DNA of 64,000 bases, taken from contig NC_042999.1 in assembly GCF_006345805.1 (NCBI RefSeq), positions 65,534,001 through 65,598,000 of the forward strand, given 5' to 3'. Under the pieces are notes generated by a model. That model saw only the letters and a list, made by a program, of their open reading frames with translations. It did no database searches and was not told the origin of the DNA. Below, one piece after another: positions 40,488 through 52,412 of the stretch. Origin of the DNA: Octopus sinensis. Taxonomy: Eukaryota. Both the position numbers and the translations under genes were made by a program. The number at the start of each line of letters is the position of its first letter. The first letter of the stretch is position 1.

Positions 40488-40610
40488 AGTATTTATATAG
40501 AATGTAGTTCTGTATAAATCTTTAATAATTTTTTTATACTGAAGATCGTCAGAAATGTTAAGAAATCAGCCGCTACCCACCTTGTCTTGCTTTGATTAAA
40601 AGATTACAGC

Positions 40611-41090
40611 ATAGATTAGATTACTTAGATACGTTTCAGCCGAAGGTGACTCAGGCCATATCTAATTTAATAGCACCACCTGGAAGAGAATCATAGCTCT
40701 GAGGAACTGTAGCTCATTCAAGCAGATGGTTATTGTTTTCAGAGACATATCTGGGTGTGGGTGGTTTATCTGGTATTTGTTGTGGGTAATCATCTAGGGA
40801 TCGTTTGAATGCCGGGAAGTCACTTTCCTCCGTTATGTCTGTCTGGCACGATGTTCATGAGAGCAGGGCCAAATGTGGTGAAATAGTTCTGTCATAGTGT
40901 TGTGATACGACACGGACATTTCTGTAGTGGATGGATGGCACGGGGGCCAAGCCTCGTACGAATTTTAAAGATGGGTAATGTTGATGGAATATTTTCCACA
41001 TCATACAGAATACATAGGGGTCATAGCGGCGGTGGAGGGAGCAAAGCCTCAGCTTTTTGAGTCGATCCAAATAGTCAAAGCTTGTCATGT
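40611..41090 (-). mobile_element. 5'-truncated copy of a CR1 subfamily related to 16366-21018
   Basis: MTSFDYLDRLKKLRLCSLHRRYDPYVFCMMWKIFHQHYP versus MTGLDYWGRLEKLKLYSLQRRRERYIICMMWKIFHQHCP; shared 3' UTR motif ccaggtggtgctattaaRttagaYatggcctg; tail atctaagtaatcta. Confidence 0.9.
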
Positions 41091-41128
41091 CGTCCTCCGC
41101 AGACCTCCGCGAAGCAGCTCATTTTAAG

Positions 41129-41235
41129 AGAGATACACGAGTAAAATTACTAATAGAGAAGCGAAAATAAACGCCACCATAGGTTATGAGGAAACGATGA
41201 ACATGTTTTCAAGGGAGATAATCAACGAACATAAG
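41129..41235 (+). CDS. Candidate coding exon (x-RYTSKITNREAKINATIGYEETMNMFSREIINEHK)
   Basis: ctcattttaag| acceptor with an in-frame TAA inside it, AAG|gtaata donor, phase 1 to 0. Confidence 0.35.
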
Positions 41236-41269
41236 GTAATACCTCATGTAAAGTAAATATAACAAAGAA

Positions 41270-41460
41270 ACATCCTTCAAGAATCGATAAAAATTCCCCG
41301 ATCACAACCAAATTTCGTCATCTGTTCCTCGTGTCATTACAAATTTCTGCATGTTTCATTAAATACCCTTCACAACCTTTTGAGTTATTTTCCACACAGT
41401 CAGACAGGCGGACAAACCAACGCCAATGAAAACCTAACCTCCTTCCTTGGCGGAGGTAAC
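41270..41460 (-). mobile_element. Helentron-associated (HINE-type) element end
   Basis: Reverse complement ttacctccgccaaggaaggaggttaggttttcattggcgttggtttgtcc...gaacagatgacgaaatttggttgtgatcgg, with terminal acctcc/ggaggt hairpin; family recognised from memory. Confidence 0.6.
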
Positions 41461-44195
41461 AAGTCAGCGTAAATTTTCTATATTGTAAATTAGAGTTAAG
41501 ATAGACCTTTTTTCCGGTTTGAAGAAGATTGGACATGTGTGTAGCATGTTGAAAAACTGCGTTGATATCTCTATCCTCTATATTTCATCATTTTGTGTCA
41601 GTAAAATACTACTAACTTTCGTTTGTTGCCTATCAATTTGATATAAACTGAAAGTCAAGTATTAATATAATATTCCAATATTAAAGACACTTCAACTATC
41701 ATATTTCTGTATAAGGTGAAATTCTATAAAGGAAAATACCGATATAAAATAGACACTCAAGGGGTTAGTTTAATTTCTAAAATTTATTTTAAAATTCCAG
41801 ATCAGTTATGGTATCAGCAAAAAGATTAATTACAATGTTTCAAATTGTTAAGCTCAAACTATCATACAATATGCTTTAATTGTATATGCCCTTACTAATA
41901 TGAAATTCTGCAATATTTTAAATTTATTTTTGTATAAACTAACATATAATGCATCTCGTAGTTTCAACTGAGAAACATACTTAACTGGGCTGAAAGAGTA
42001 AGTAAATATACTCTTCATAATAGTATATTAAATTGTAAGTCGTATAAATATTATTTGGTTATAAACCACATTATACAACATATGTCTTGAATATCTCTAT
42101 TATATTTCACTTATCAAAACTTCTAGCAAGAATACTTTCAATAGCAGACATCATTCCTGGAAAATATATTCAAAATGGAGATTATATTCGTTTTATTTAT
42201 GTCATTTTAAAATGGTTTCCAGTCTTTTATATATTTTCATGAATCTGCTTTAGTTTAAGTATATACACTCAATGGTATTAATGAATATTTGAATATTCAA
42301 AATCGCATGCTTACTCGTCCACAAAAGTGTGCGAATATATGAGTGTGCACGTACTCAGTTCTGCTTTAACATGAACATAAAACGCTTCGTATTCTTCGGT
42401 GACTTCTTTCGAAGGTTAGTCATTTCGCTTTTCTTTTAATAATCTTAGTAACAGATTTATTACCAGAATCTAAATTGAAATGTAGTAGCATGTTTCATGC
42501 GTTTAAAATATCAAAGGCTTTAGCAAAAAATGACAAAGTCGATAAAGTTTTTAACTGCTTGGTGTTGGATCGTGGGTTCAAATTTGCATCACATATAAAC
42601 ACCAGGGGTGGAAGTTTTATATTTTCCCTGATATCTCTTGGAAATAGCAACTACATATCTAATGATGTATCTAATATATGCTTACATCATAAATAATAGA
42701 CGCGCTTCATATTTTGTAGCTTTAAAATTTTCAGCTTTTTTTTTCATATTTGTTTTATAGTAGTATTTTATTGTCCTGTTTTTTTTTTATGCATGAAGTT
42801 ATACTGGCGTTACTATGGCTTTTTCAGTTTTGGTGAGTACCATATGATTTGTTTAAATATTATCACAAGAATTTTGAATAGTCATCGTTAAAATTATAAG
42901 TTCACATTTCAGTTTGCGACTTTATGGTTTGTTTGTTTATATTAGAATTGTAGAATTTAAATTGTTATACGTGTTGTATTCTGTCATTAATTATCTATTG
43001 GTCTAGGGAATATTGACGAGTTGTACACAAGTATTTTCGTTTCCATATTTAATTTTGTTTGTGCTGTATAGTATGTAATAATCCCGTGTAAATGCAGTGG
43101 GTAGTAGCAACATAGTGTTGAAATCGCGAATATAACTTTCACATTTGCTGTAGAATTTATAAATCACATTGAGTGCGAGGAACGTATTTACACTTTTACA
43201 TGTCTGCAGTTTCCTTTTGTAGTATATTATTCAAGTTAATTTATAGTTTAATGCAATTCATTGTTCTTTTTGTTTTCTGCTATTATTTATGATATGTTTA
43301 TATATTCTATTGTTCGTCTGCATTTGATTTATATATTCTAGTGTGGCTGGTGTGATATGATTTCAATCGGTGCGATATCTAACGTATCTAGTATTTTGTT
43401 TATGTCTCTGTTGCAGACTGGCAGAGTGTAATATATTTTTAGACTAGTTTTTCATTGATTTAGTGTTTGTTTATTTTCGACTATTTCTTTATTTAGAGAT
43501 TCGCTTGTGAAAGAGATTCTAAATGTTCTGATAGAGGATTTAATACCGATATTTTGTAAGCGTATGAATATTAATTCCCACTACGTAAGTAATTGTTAAA
43601 TATCTGACTGAAATGGAACGAAACGGCGCTTTCCAATTAGGAAGCTGGTTTTCAGTCATCGGAGATAAAGTGTGATACTGTCATAGAGAACATCATTTAC
43701 AAATTGATTCTAAAAATAACGGGTCAGTTCGACCTGTTACTTCTTTTCGATTTACAGGCCAATCGTTAACACTCCGTGCTGATGACCATTCCATCTAACA
43801 TCTGTTTTCAATTTTGCTCAATGAAAAATTGTTAATATTTTGTCTACATAGGGATAGCATAACTGTGCTAGATTTCTTTAGTAATATTGCCTATGCTTTC
43901 ATATTCACACATTGATAAATGCCATGCCGTAGGTGTGAAAGTCTACCAGTTTCGAACACACGTAAAAGAAGAACGATGATTGAAGCGCTATCAACATTTC
44001 TCATAAAAACTAATTGGTAACTTTCGTCCCAAAATTTAGCGGTTCGTAAAAATAAATGAAACTAAAAGTACCAAGCTTTTGAGAATAATAAGTATTTGCA
44101 TCGATTCGTTCGACTAAAACGCTTTCAGAATGTGACACATCATAAACGCAGTCTGTTGACTGAGGCAATAAAAGATGAAAGATATTATATATATA

Positions 44196-44468
44196 TATAA
44201 TCAAAATAAGCAACAGTTATATCTTAGGTAATTTGGTACAATCGTTTCATGCTACTTCATTTTATTAAACATTGTAGGTATTACATCAGTTTTAAAATGT
44301 TTAGCAATCTTCAGCCATTGTCCGTTTGATGGAAGACTTCTATAACTGGCTGAAGATTGCTCAACATTTTAAAACTGATGCAATACTTACAATGTTTAAT
44401 AAAAGGAAATAGCATGAAACGATTGTACCAAATTACCTAAGATATACTTGTTGCTTATTTTGATTATA
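44196..44468. repeat. 273-bp imperfect palindrome (MITE-like or inverted pLTR pair)
   Basis: Arms 44196-44317 and 44347-44468 (122 bp, about 7 mismatches), 29-nt spacer, TATA at both ends. Confidence 0.9.
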
Positions 44469-44558
44469 ATCACCCCATGTATTTATATGGGTGATACCAT
44501 ACAAAATTCTGGTGCCTCTGACTTAAGTACCATATTCATCTGAATCTAAATTTTCCTG

Positions 44559-44592
<34 letters not shown>

Positions 44593-45016
44593 AAAATAGC
44601 TAGTCATAAAATCTTAAGAAGAAATGAAGTAGTAACGTGCACTAAACAGTAAAGCGAGTAGCCCCATCAAAGTTTCTACTAGTTTAACCTCAGACGGATA
44701 ACTATATATTTTGCCGGTTGCAAATCAGTGACCGATGGTCACTTTGTTTACAATATATCGCTGGCAGAAGCTGATCTCAGCTATCACTCCACTGCGCGGG
44801 TGTGCGCGTCTGATGTGAGCCAAAGCGTTCGAAACTGGCCGGTCCCATCATCCTGTCAGTTCTTGGGGGTTAGTTGTTTTTCGCTCCCCCTACAAACGAT
44901 ATATTGTATATAAATGGTGAAGAAAAAGATTTGAAAACCAGCTGGTTGAGAATCCGCCTGCGGTTAAAGTAGTACTGACATTTATCTGCCACTTTGATGT
45001 TGCTACTCGCTTTACT

Positions 45017-45059
<43 letters not shown>

Positions 45060-45696
45060 ATATATATTATATATACAATTTTCTTTTTCTTAATGATATA
45101 AAAAACCAAGGCTGTGTAGATTTTAAGACATTTATAGATAGGTCTTACAGCTGTTTCCAAGATATTTATTATATCCATCGGAGACGTTGTGAGAGGAGTG
45201 TTAAGAAATAGTTAACTTAGATACATATAAGATAGAGAATGAGGTGGAGGAAATAAAAGAAAGTAGATGTGAAATATGTTGGGATATTGCATTTTTAGAT
45301 CCATTATTTAGGCAGAATGGTATAGATATATGATTCCAATACCTTATAAGTAAAATCCATTAGTATTTAAAATTAGTCATTCCAGGTATAGAGTTTATAC
45401 ACAGTGGTAATGAATCAAGGGTTTTATTCAAATAAATCTCACTCCACGTTTTTTTAATATTAAATTATTAAAATTCTATTCACCGATATCGGGCAGATGA
45501 AAACATCTATAATGACAACTGGAACTTCACAAGTGTTCAGCACTGATGTTGAGGAAGACTCATCAATAAACATTAATTCGAAAACAATTTCCAGAAAAAT
45601 TAATCCATATGGAACTAAAGCGCTGTACGCTTGGTTGAAATGATTTCCTGTGAAAGTGCAACCTCTTTCCATTCGAAAATTATATATGTATTTATA

Positions 45697-46351
45697 CAGG
45701 GTGCGTAAGATATTTGAGGACAGGTTTATGTTTATAAAAACAAAACCAGATATATAATAAGAGATAGTAACTTTATTTATCAAAAAATACTATGAGGATA
45801 AAAATAAACCTTCTTTTCTATAATGTTATTCAATAAAATCACCTTCAACTTCAGTAACTGCTTCTATATGAGATCTAAATCATCTACACGCCGGAATCAG
45901 GTGCTCCTGGTTCATTTTAGACATTATTCTGACTATGGCGGCTTTCAAAGAATCGTTGGTGTTATGGGCATATTCATTGACCTCTCTCTCAACAACGTGC
46001 CACTTGTAATTGTCCAATGGGTTGAGATCTGAGAAATTAGGAAGCCAAATGTTAGGGTTATGTGATCATGAACATTTTCAGCCATCTATTCTGGTATTAC
46101 TAGAGCCATGTGTGACAGTGCAGAGTCCTACTGAAAACATTTGGCCTTCCATCGCATACAATGTCTATCCACGACACAACAATTGTATCCAGGACCTCAA
46201 TGTAAGCGGCCGAGATAACTCTAAGGCTTTGTGGAACGACGTACCGAGGCATCACAAGTCCTCCATTGCTGACAACTTCTAAAACCATGACAGCTGCACC
46301 AAATTTTGTATATATAACACTTGGAAGTTCAGAATGGTTTGCACATAGCCA
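45697..46351 (-). mobile_element. Duplicated 3' half of the DD37D (maT) transposon
   Basis: TA+CAGGGTGCGTAAGATATTTGAGGAC TIR and transposase C-terminal half, copied within the tandem duplication. Confidence 0.85.
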
Positions 46352-46570
46352 TACTCTCTTTTACTCTTTAACTTGTTTCAGTCATTTGACTGCGGCCATG
46401 CTGGAGCACCGCCTTTAGTCGAGCAATTCGACGCCAGGACTTATTTTTTGTAAGCCCAGTACTTATTCTATCGGTTGCTTTTTGTCGAACCGCTAAGTGA
46501 CGGCGACGTAAACACACCAGCATCGGTTGTCAAGCAATGCTAGTGGGACAAACACAGACACACAAACATA
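46352..46570 (-). mobile_element. Tail half of a family B SINE, truncated at the duplication junction
   Basis: tttcagtcatttgactgcggccatgctggagcaccgcc... identical to 47864-48080. Confidence 0.85.
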
Positions 46571-47206
46571 TATATATTATATATACATTTTCTTTTTCTT
46601 AATGATATAAAAAACCAAGGCTGTGTAGATTTTAAGACATTTATAGATAGGTCTTACAGCTGTTTCCAAGATATTTATTATATCCATCGGAGACGTTGTG
46701 AGAGGAGTGTTAAGAAATAGTTAACTTAGATAACATATAAGATAGAGAATGAGGTGGAGGAAATAAAAGAAAGTAGATGTGAAATATGTTGGGATATTGC
46801 ATTTTTAGATCCATTATTTAGGCAGAATGGTATAGATATATGATTCCAATACCTTATAAGTAAAATCCATTAGTATTTAAAATTAGTCATTCCAGGTATA
46901 GAGTTTATACACAGTGGTAATGAATCAAGGGTTTTATTCAAATAAATCTCACTCCACGTTTTTTTAATATTAAATTATTAAAATTCTATTCACCGATATC
47001 GGGCAGATGAAAACATCTATAATGACAACTGGAACTTCACAAGTGTTCAGCACTGATGTTGAGGAAGACTCATCAATAAACATTAATTCGAAAACAATTT
47101 CCAGAAAAATTAATCCATATGGAACTAAAGCGCTGTACGCTTGGTTGAAATGATTTCCTGTGAAAGTGCAACCTCTTTCCATTCGAAAATTATATATGTA
47201 TTTATA

Positions 47207-48823
47207 CAGGGTGCGTAAGATATTTGAGGACAGGTTTATGTTTATAAAAACAAAACCAGATATATAATAAGAGATAGTAACTTTATTTATCAAAAAATAC
47301 TATGAGGATAAAAATAAACCTTCTTTTCTATAATGTTATTCAATAAAATCACCTTCAACTTCAGTAACTGCTTCTATATGAGATCTAAATCATCTACACG
47401 CCGGAATCAGGTGCTCCTGGTTCATTTTAGACATTATTCTGACTATGGCGGCTTTCAAAGAATCGTTGGTGTTATGGGCATATTCATTGACCTCTCTCTC
47501 AACAACGTGCCACTTGTAATTGTCCAATGGGTTGAGATCTGAGAAATTAGGAAGCCAAATGTTAGGGGTTATGTGATCATGAACATTTTCAGCCATCTAT
47601 TCTGGTATTACTAGAGCCATGTGTGACAGTGCAGAGTCCTACTGAAACACATTTGGCCTTCCATCGCATACAATGTCTATCCACGACACAACAATTGTAT
47701 CCAGGACCTCAATGTAAGCGGCCGAGATAACTCTAAGGCTTTGTGGAACGACGTACCGAGGCATCACAAGTCCTCCATTGCTGACAACTTCTAAAACCAT
47801 GACAGCTGCACCAAATTTTGTATATATAACACTTGGAAGTTCAGAATGGTTTGCACATAGCCATACTCTCTTTTACTCTTTACTTGTTTCAGTCATTTGA
47901 CTGCGGCCATGCTGGAGCACCGCCTTTAGTCGAGCAATTCGACGCCAGGACTTATTTTTTGTAAGCCCAGTACTTATTCTATCGGTTGCTTTTTGTCGAA
48001 CCGCTAAGTGACGGCGACGTAAACACACCAGCATCGGTTGTCAAGCAATGCTAGTGGGACAAACACAGACACACAAACATATATATATATATATATACGA
48101 CGGGCTTCTTGCATTTTCCGTCTACCAAATCCACTCACAAGGCTTTGGTCGGCCCGAGGCTATAGTAGAAGACACTCGCCCAAGATTCCACGCAGTGGGA
48201 CTGAACCGGGAACCATGTGGCTGGTAAGCAACCTACTTACCACACAGCCACTCCTACTGTTAAGTTTTTGATCTCGGTCGAATTTTTTCTTATTTGAGAA
48301 AGACTAAGTCAAGTCTTCTTCTAGTGGATGTTTCAATTTGTTTAAGATCTTTTTAGATCTGATGTAGTGGTTTTCTTTTGCTTTCTTCGTCATATAAGAG
48401 TTATATCTGATGTCTTCGTGGACAAATTTCTGACTGTTCCTTCTGACACATGAAGATCTTTTCCAATTGAGCTCATGGACTTTCTGGGATTGAAATCTAT
48501 CGTCTGTTAAACTTGCTGGATAAATTCAGTTTTTTTTATGATTTCAGAGCATTTAGAGTGCGTTTTAAGCTTCGATTCAGGTGATACGTTTCTATCTTCA
48601 GACCCTGACTCATTAAGAACTTTGTAGACAAAAGATCTGGCAAAATTTAAAAGTCCAGATATTTCTAAATCGCTATGCTCATACTTTATAACCACAATAA
48701 CAGAATGCCTCTTCATTTCTGAAATGAGCCAAGGGTCTGCCATTATTATTTTCTGAAAAAAGATTATACAAATATGCAAGAATGACCCAAAAATGTATGT
48801 CCTCAAATACTTTACGCAACCTG
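47207..48823 (-). mobile_element. Complete but inactivated Tc1/mariner-superfamily DD37D (maT-type) transposon with internal SINE
   Basis: TIRs CAGGGTGCGTAAGATATTTGAGGAC (47207) and GTCCTCAAATACTTTACGCAACCTG (48799-48823); transposase from MADPWLISEMKRHSVIV (ATG 48743) to EGDFIE* (47336); FQ*D-x37-D spacing ending SDLNPLD. Confidence 0.88.
47864..48255 (-). mobile_element. Full-length CORE-type tRNA-derived SINE (family B) inserted in the transposase
   Basis: Head aggagtggctgtgtggtaag..ggttcagtccca, core ttgggcgagtgtcttctactatagcctcgggccg, central TA/CA microsatellite, tail ending (aaagagt)n. Confidence 0.88.
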
Positions 48824-48829
48824 CAAAAT

Positions 48830-49000
48830 GTGACCGCGATTCTTTCCTCCGTCTTCTCTTCCTTGGATCTTTCCTTTCCTTATGTTTCTGACGAAGAGCT
48901 CCGCTCGAAACGTCGAATCCTCCTTTCTTTCCTCAGCGTCCAATAACACTATACCTGTTTCACGTCCTCGTGTTGTGTTATCTCTTTGTGTTTTCATGTT
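48830..49000 (+). mobile_element. Penelope pLTR-derived short repeat with intact hammerhead core (48884-48918)
   Basis: GUUU-CUGACGA-A-GAGC-UCC-GCUC-GAAAC-GUC-GAAU. Confidence 0.7.
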
Positions 49001-49500
49001 TGGATTAACTATATATGTGTGTATATATATATATATACCAGAGATAGCGCAAAGTATATATATATATACCAGAGTAAGCGCAAAGTAAGCACCGGAGATA
49101 GATAGGTAAGATAGATAGGTAGATATCTCTCTAGTAAAATGCTATGTCTAGTATTCTTCTTTGCAATATTACCTTTTATTGTAGCTGAAATACTACGCTG
49201 ATCATATCAGGATATGAAAAAGGAACGAAATAAATTTGAAACTTCTTTTAAAGTTTGCTGCAACGACATGAATAAAATATTGCATCCAGAATATATCTTG
49301 AATTTAACCCGACAGACTACTGTTAGTACATCATACCTTTTTGCTGCAACATTGATAAGCATACGAATTCCCACTTACGCAACTACTAAATAACTCTCGG
49401 TAAGAAGATGAGTAGGAAAAAGAAATAGAAGTAAAAAAAAAATTCTAGTAAAATTGACATGATTATTAGATATTTCCATGCCAGCAGGTAGGATAATGTC

Positions 49501-49543
<43 letters not shown>

Positions 49544-49876
49544 TCTATCTATCTATCTATCTGTCTATCATTTGACAATGAATCTATATATCTGTCTGTC
49601 TATTTATCTATCTATCTATCCATATCTATCTAACTGTCTATCTATTAATCAATCAATCAATCAATCTATCTATCGACCGATCAATATGTGCATCTTCTTT
49701 GTAATTATATAGGAACTCTGTATCTGTGTGTGAGCATAAAACATATATGTATATAGATATGTGTGTGCGTTCGTGTGTGTGTATACATATATGTGTGTGT
49801 GTCTCTCTCTCTCTATATATATATATACATATACACACATATATGCATATGATACACACACACACGCATATATATA

Positions 49877-49931
<55 letters not shown>

Positions 49932-49968
49932 TAAGAAAGTTTGTTTGGTAAAGCACGTGGGTGAATAT

Positions 49969-50510
49969 ATAAGAAAATAGTAAAGTGTGAAAAAACGACA
50001 GAAGGCTTAAATGTTAAAAAATATATATATTTGTGTCAAAATGTCTGGAGAATATTGGAAAACTTTTTTTCCTTTCCTTAAAATGACATAATTTTAAAAT
50101 TTCGGATCATCAACGCAAATGAGACTGAACAAGGAAACATTCTTCACTGAAAAGTACAAACCCAGACTCAACCATCCGAACATACTGACACAGAGAAATT
50201 AACAAGGGAAAGGCAAAAAAAAATTTTAAGCGATTATCTCCCTTACACCGGAAGAAATCACTCACTACCTCCCCTTATTGAGAAATCTCCTGAAAATAAA
50301 CACAACGATAACTCCATGCAATATAAACATAACGTCACAAGATATTTGAAAAGCTACACGCGAAACCGGTAATTTCTTTAAAAATTTTAAAATTATGTCA
50401 TTTTAAGGAAAGGAAAAAAATTTTTCCAATATTCTCCAGACATTTTGACACAAATATATATATTTTTTAACATTTAAGCCTTCTGTCGTTTTTTCACACT
50501 TTACTATTTT

Positions 50511-50515
<5 letters not shown>
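49969..50515. repeat. Foldback structure: 134-bp inverted repeats around a 279-bp unique core
   Basis: 49969-50102 is the reverse complement of 50382-50515 (one mismatch seen); the right arm abuts a (TA)n tract. Confidence 0.9.
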
Positions 50516-50564
<49 letters not shown>

Positions 50565-50568
<4 letters not shown>

Positions 50569-50655
50569 GTCATCCCATAACTAATGCGATATTTTTATAT
50601 ATCTATTTTTTTCAAAATTAAGATAAGCAAAGTTCGTTTTTTATCTAAAATATAC
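50565..50655 (-). mobile_element. Mariner-like terminal remnant (one TIR)
   Basis: TA+ttgggtcatcccataactaatgcg, mariner-style terminus next to a TA tract; no second TIR found. Confidence 0.45.
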
Positions 50656-51643
50656 ACTCCTTCAATTTGTTTTAAATGATCCCTGATATTAAACTGTGTG
50701 CTGAAACACATATCGTATTTCGGGGTGGTCATTTTTTTTTTGTCAAATAAACACAAAAACTATATATTTGTTTTTCACTCGTTTATTCTTTTAGTTTAAC
50801 TCATGTCCATTGTCCAGACATCTTTTGTCACACATCTGTGACCTCTTCAGTGACACTTTTCGTTTTCGTGTGCGCTCTTGTTCCACTTACTCCAGGCTAC
50901 TCTTCTCTGTGTATCCTCATGTGCGCATGCGTTTGCGTTCGTGTTTGTGTGTGCATGAGTATGTATGCATGTGCATGTATATACTTCTGTGTGTGTGTCC
51001 TTGTTCTTAGCAGCAGTATGGCCTTCCCCGTAGCCCTATCCTCCTACCCCATTGTGTTCTTGCTGTCCTAGGAGACGAAAATTTGGAACAGTTTCTGTGT
51101 CTCTCTGTGTTTGTGTGTTCGCCAACGTTGTTGTCAACGTCGTAGAAGTTGTTGCTGTTATCGCCATTGTTGTCACCGCCGCTGCTGTTGTCATTTTAGT
51201 TATGTTGTTCATATTGTTTTGTCCTTCCATAAAGTTCTTGTCTGCGTGCATGGTTTCGCTTCGTATATTGTTTGTAGTCAAATCCTTTATATAGATTTAT
51301 TTAGTTATTTGTTTATTTATTTTCTCTATCTCTATTTCAATCACTATATCTTATATTTATCGCAGATATGTGACAAGTATATGTATATATTTGTCTATCT
51401 ATTTAAGAATTTAATTTTTTATATATTTATCTACCTATATTTATATATGTGTCACGGGTATGTGCATATATGACTGTTGTGAGTGTAAACCCTGCATCTG
51501 TGTATTATTTACATTGTTTGTCCCTTCTACAGAAGCTTCTGTCTAAGTAACGATACAGCCCATGTATTTACAGCCTTCACTAGATTCGGCCATTTAGCTT
51601 TGACTTCATTACCTTCCTTGTGATCTTCTGATGTACTCCGTCT

Positions 51644-51760
51644 CAATTTTCGTTTTCATTTCATTTCATTTCTTTAAAGGTATTTTAATATGCTGCCACA
51701 ATTTTCGTTTTCATTTCATTTCATTTCTTTAAAGGTATTTTAATATGCTGCCACAATTTT
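51644..51760. repeat. 55-bp tandem duplication (2 copies plus 7 bp)
   Basis: caattttcgttttcatttcatttcatttctttaaaggtattttaatatgctgcca repeated at 51644 and 51699. Confidence 0.95.
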
Positions 51761-51842
51761 GCTGAATTTTTTTTTCTGTAAAAAAATGTCATCCTATATT
51801 AATAGTATGTATATATATATATGTATGTATATATATATGTAC

Positions 51843-51880
51843 ACTAGCTGTTGGACCCGGCGTTTCTCGTGTTTTCCGTG
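51843..51880 (+). mobile_element. 5' terminus of a Lep1/HINE-like element
   Basis: actagctgttggacccggcgtttctcgtg resembles actagcagtatcgcccggcgttgctcggg at 38444. Confidence 0.5.
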
Positions 51881-51926
51881 TTGAAGTTAAGCCCACCTCT
51901 GACCTTGTCAACTATTACCCATTAAG

Positions 51927-52050
51927 ATGGTATATCTGGTTCGGCAGGCTGTTGCAGGATGAGTAGATGTGTGGCAGACGGAGGAAAAATGGTGACGAAT
52001 TTGCTTCCATTCAAACGCCCGATTGATCTGTTTTATGCAGATTCTGCTAT
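51927..52050 (+). CDS. Candidate coding exon (x-GISGSAGCCRMSRCVADGGKMVTNLLPFKRPIDLFYADSA-x)
   Basis: cccattaag| acceptor, GCTAT|gtaaca donor, single open frame, GC-richer than flanks, phase 1 to 2. Confidence 0.35.
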
Positions 52051-52131
52051 GTAACAGTAATATCGATGATCGTTTACTTATAGGGAACGTCAATATTCTT
52101 TCTTGTTCTGTTTAGGTATAACCGTTTTTAG

Positions 52132-52200
52132 AAAGAAAATTCTGGAGGATTATAAACGACAAAAGTTTATGATAGACATTAGCAAACTTATGTTTTGGCA
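52132..52200 (+). CDS. Candidate coding exon (x-KKILEDYKRQKFMIDISKLMFW-x); alternative acceptor at 52116
   Basis: ccgtttttag| (or ttcttgttctgtttag|) acceptor, GGCA|gtaaga donor; phase-compatible with both neighbours. Confidence 0.45.
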
Positions 52201-52412
52201 GTAAGAAAGACTGTTTCAATCTCTTGTATGTAGAAAACATGGTAGTATGCTTCCGTATATGAACGATAAAACACGATGTATTAATAAGAGTTGAATGCTT
52301 AAATTTAATAAGTAGTGCGACTCACTGTGCCATGGAATGATAGTCCAGTTTGCTTAGTCTGTCCATTATAGGTAAAATACATCATAATACTTTTATTCTT
52401 GAATTTGCACAG

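Larger units (their letters stand above)
45070..48095. repeat. Tandem duplication of a unit of about 1.51 kb (about 45070-46580 and 46580-48095)
   Basis: Identical ORFs at offset 1510; I saw only about 5 single-base indels between the copies; breakpoints lie in TA tracts. Confidence 0.95.

Noticed and set aside
44810-44844. CUGAUGU-GAGC…GUUC-GAAAC-UGGCCG-GUC hammerhead-like motif
   Set aside because: Core A9 is replaced by U and no stem I pairing is possible
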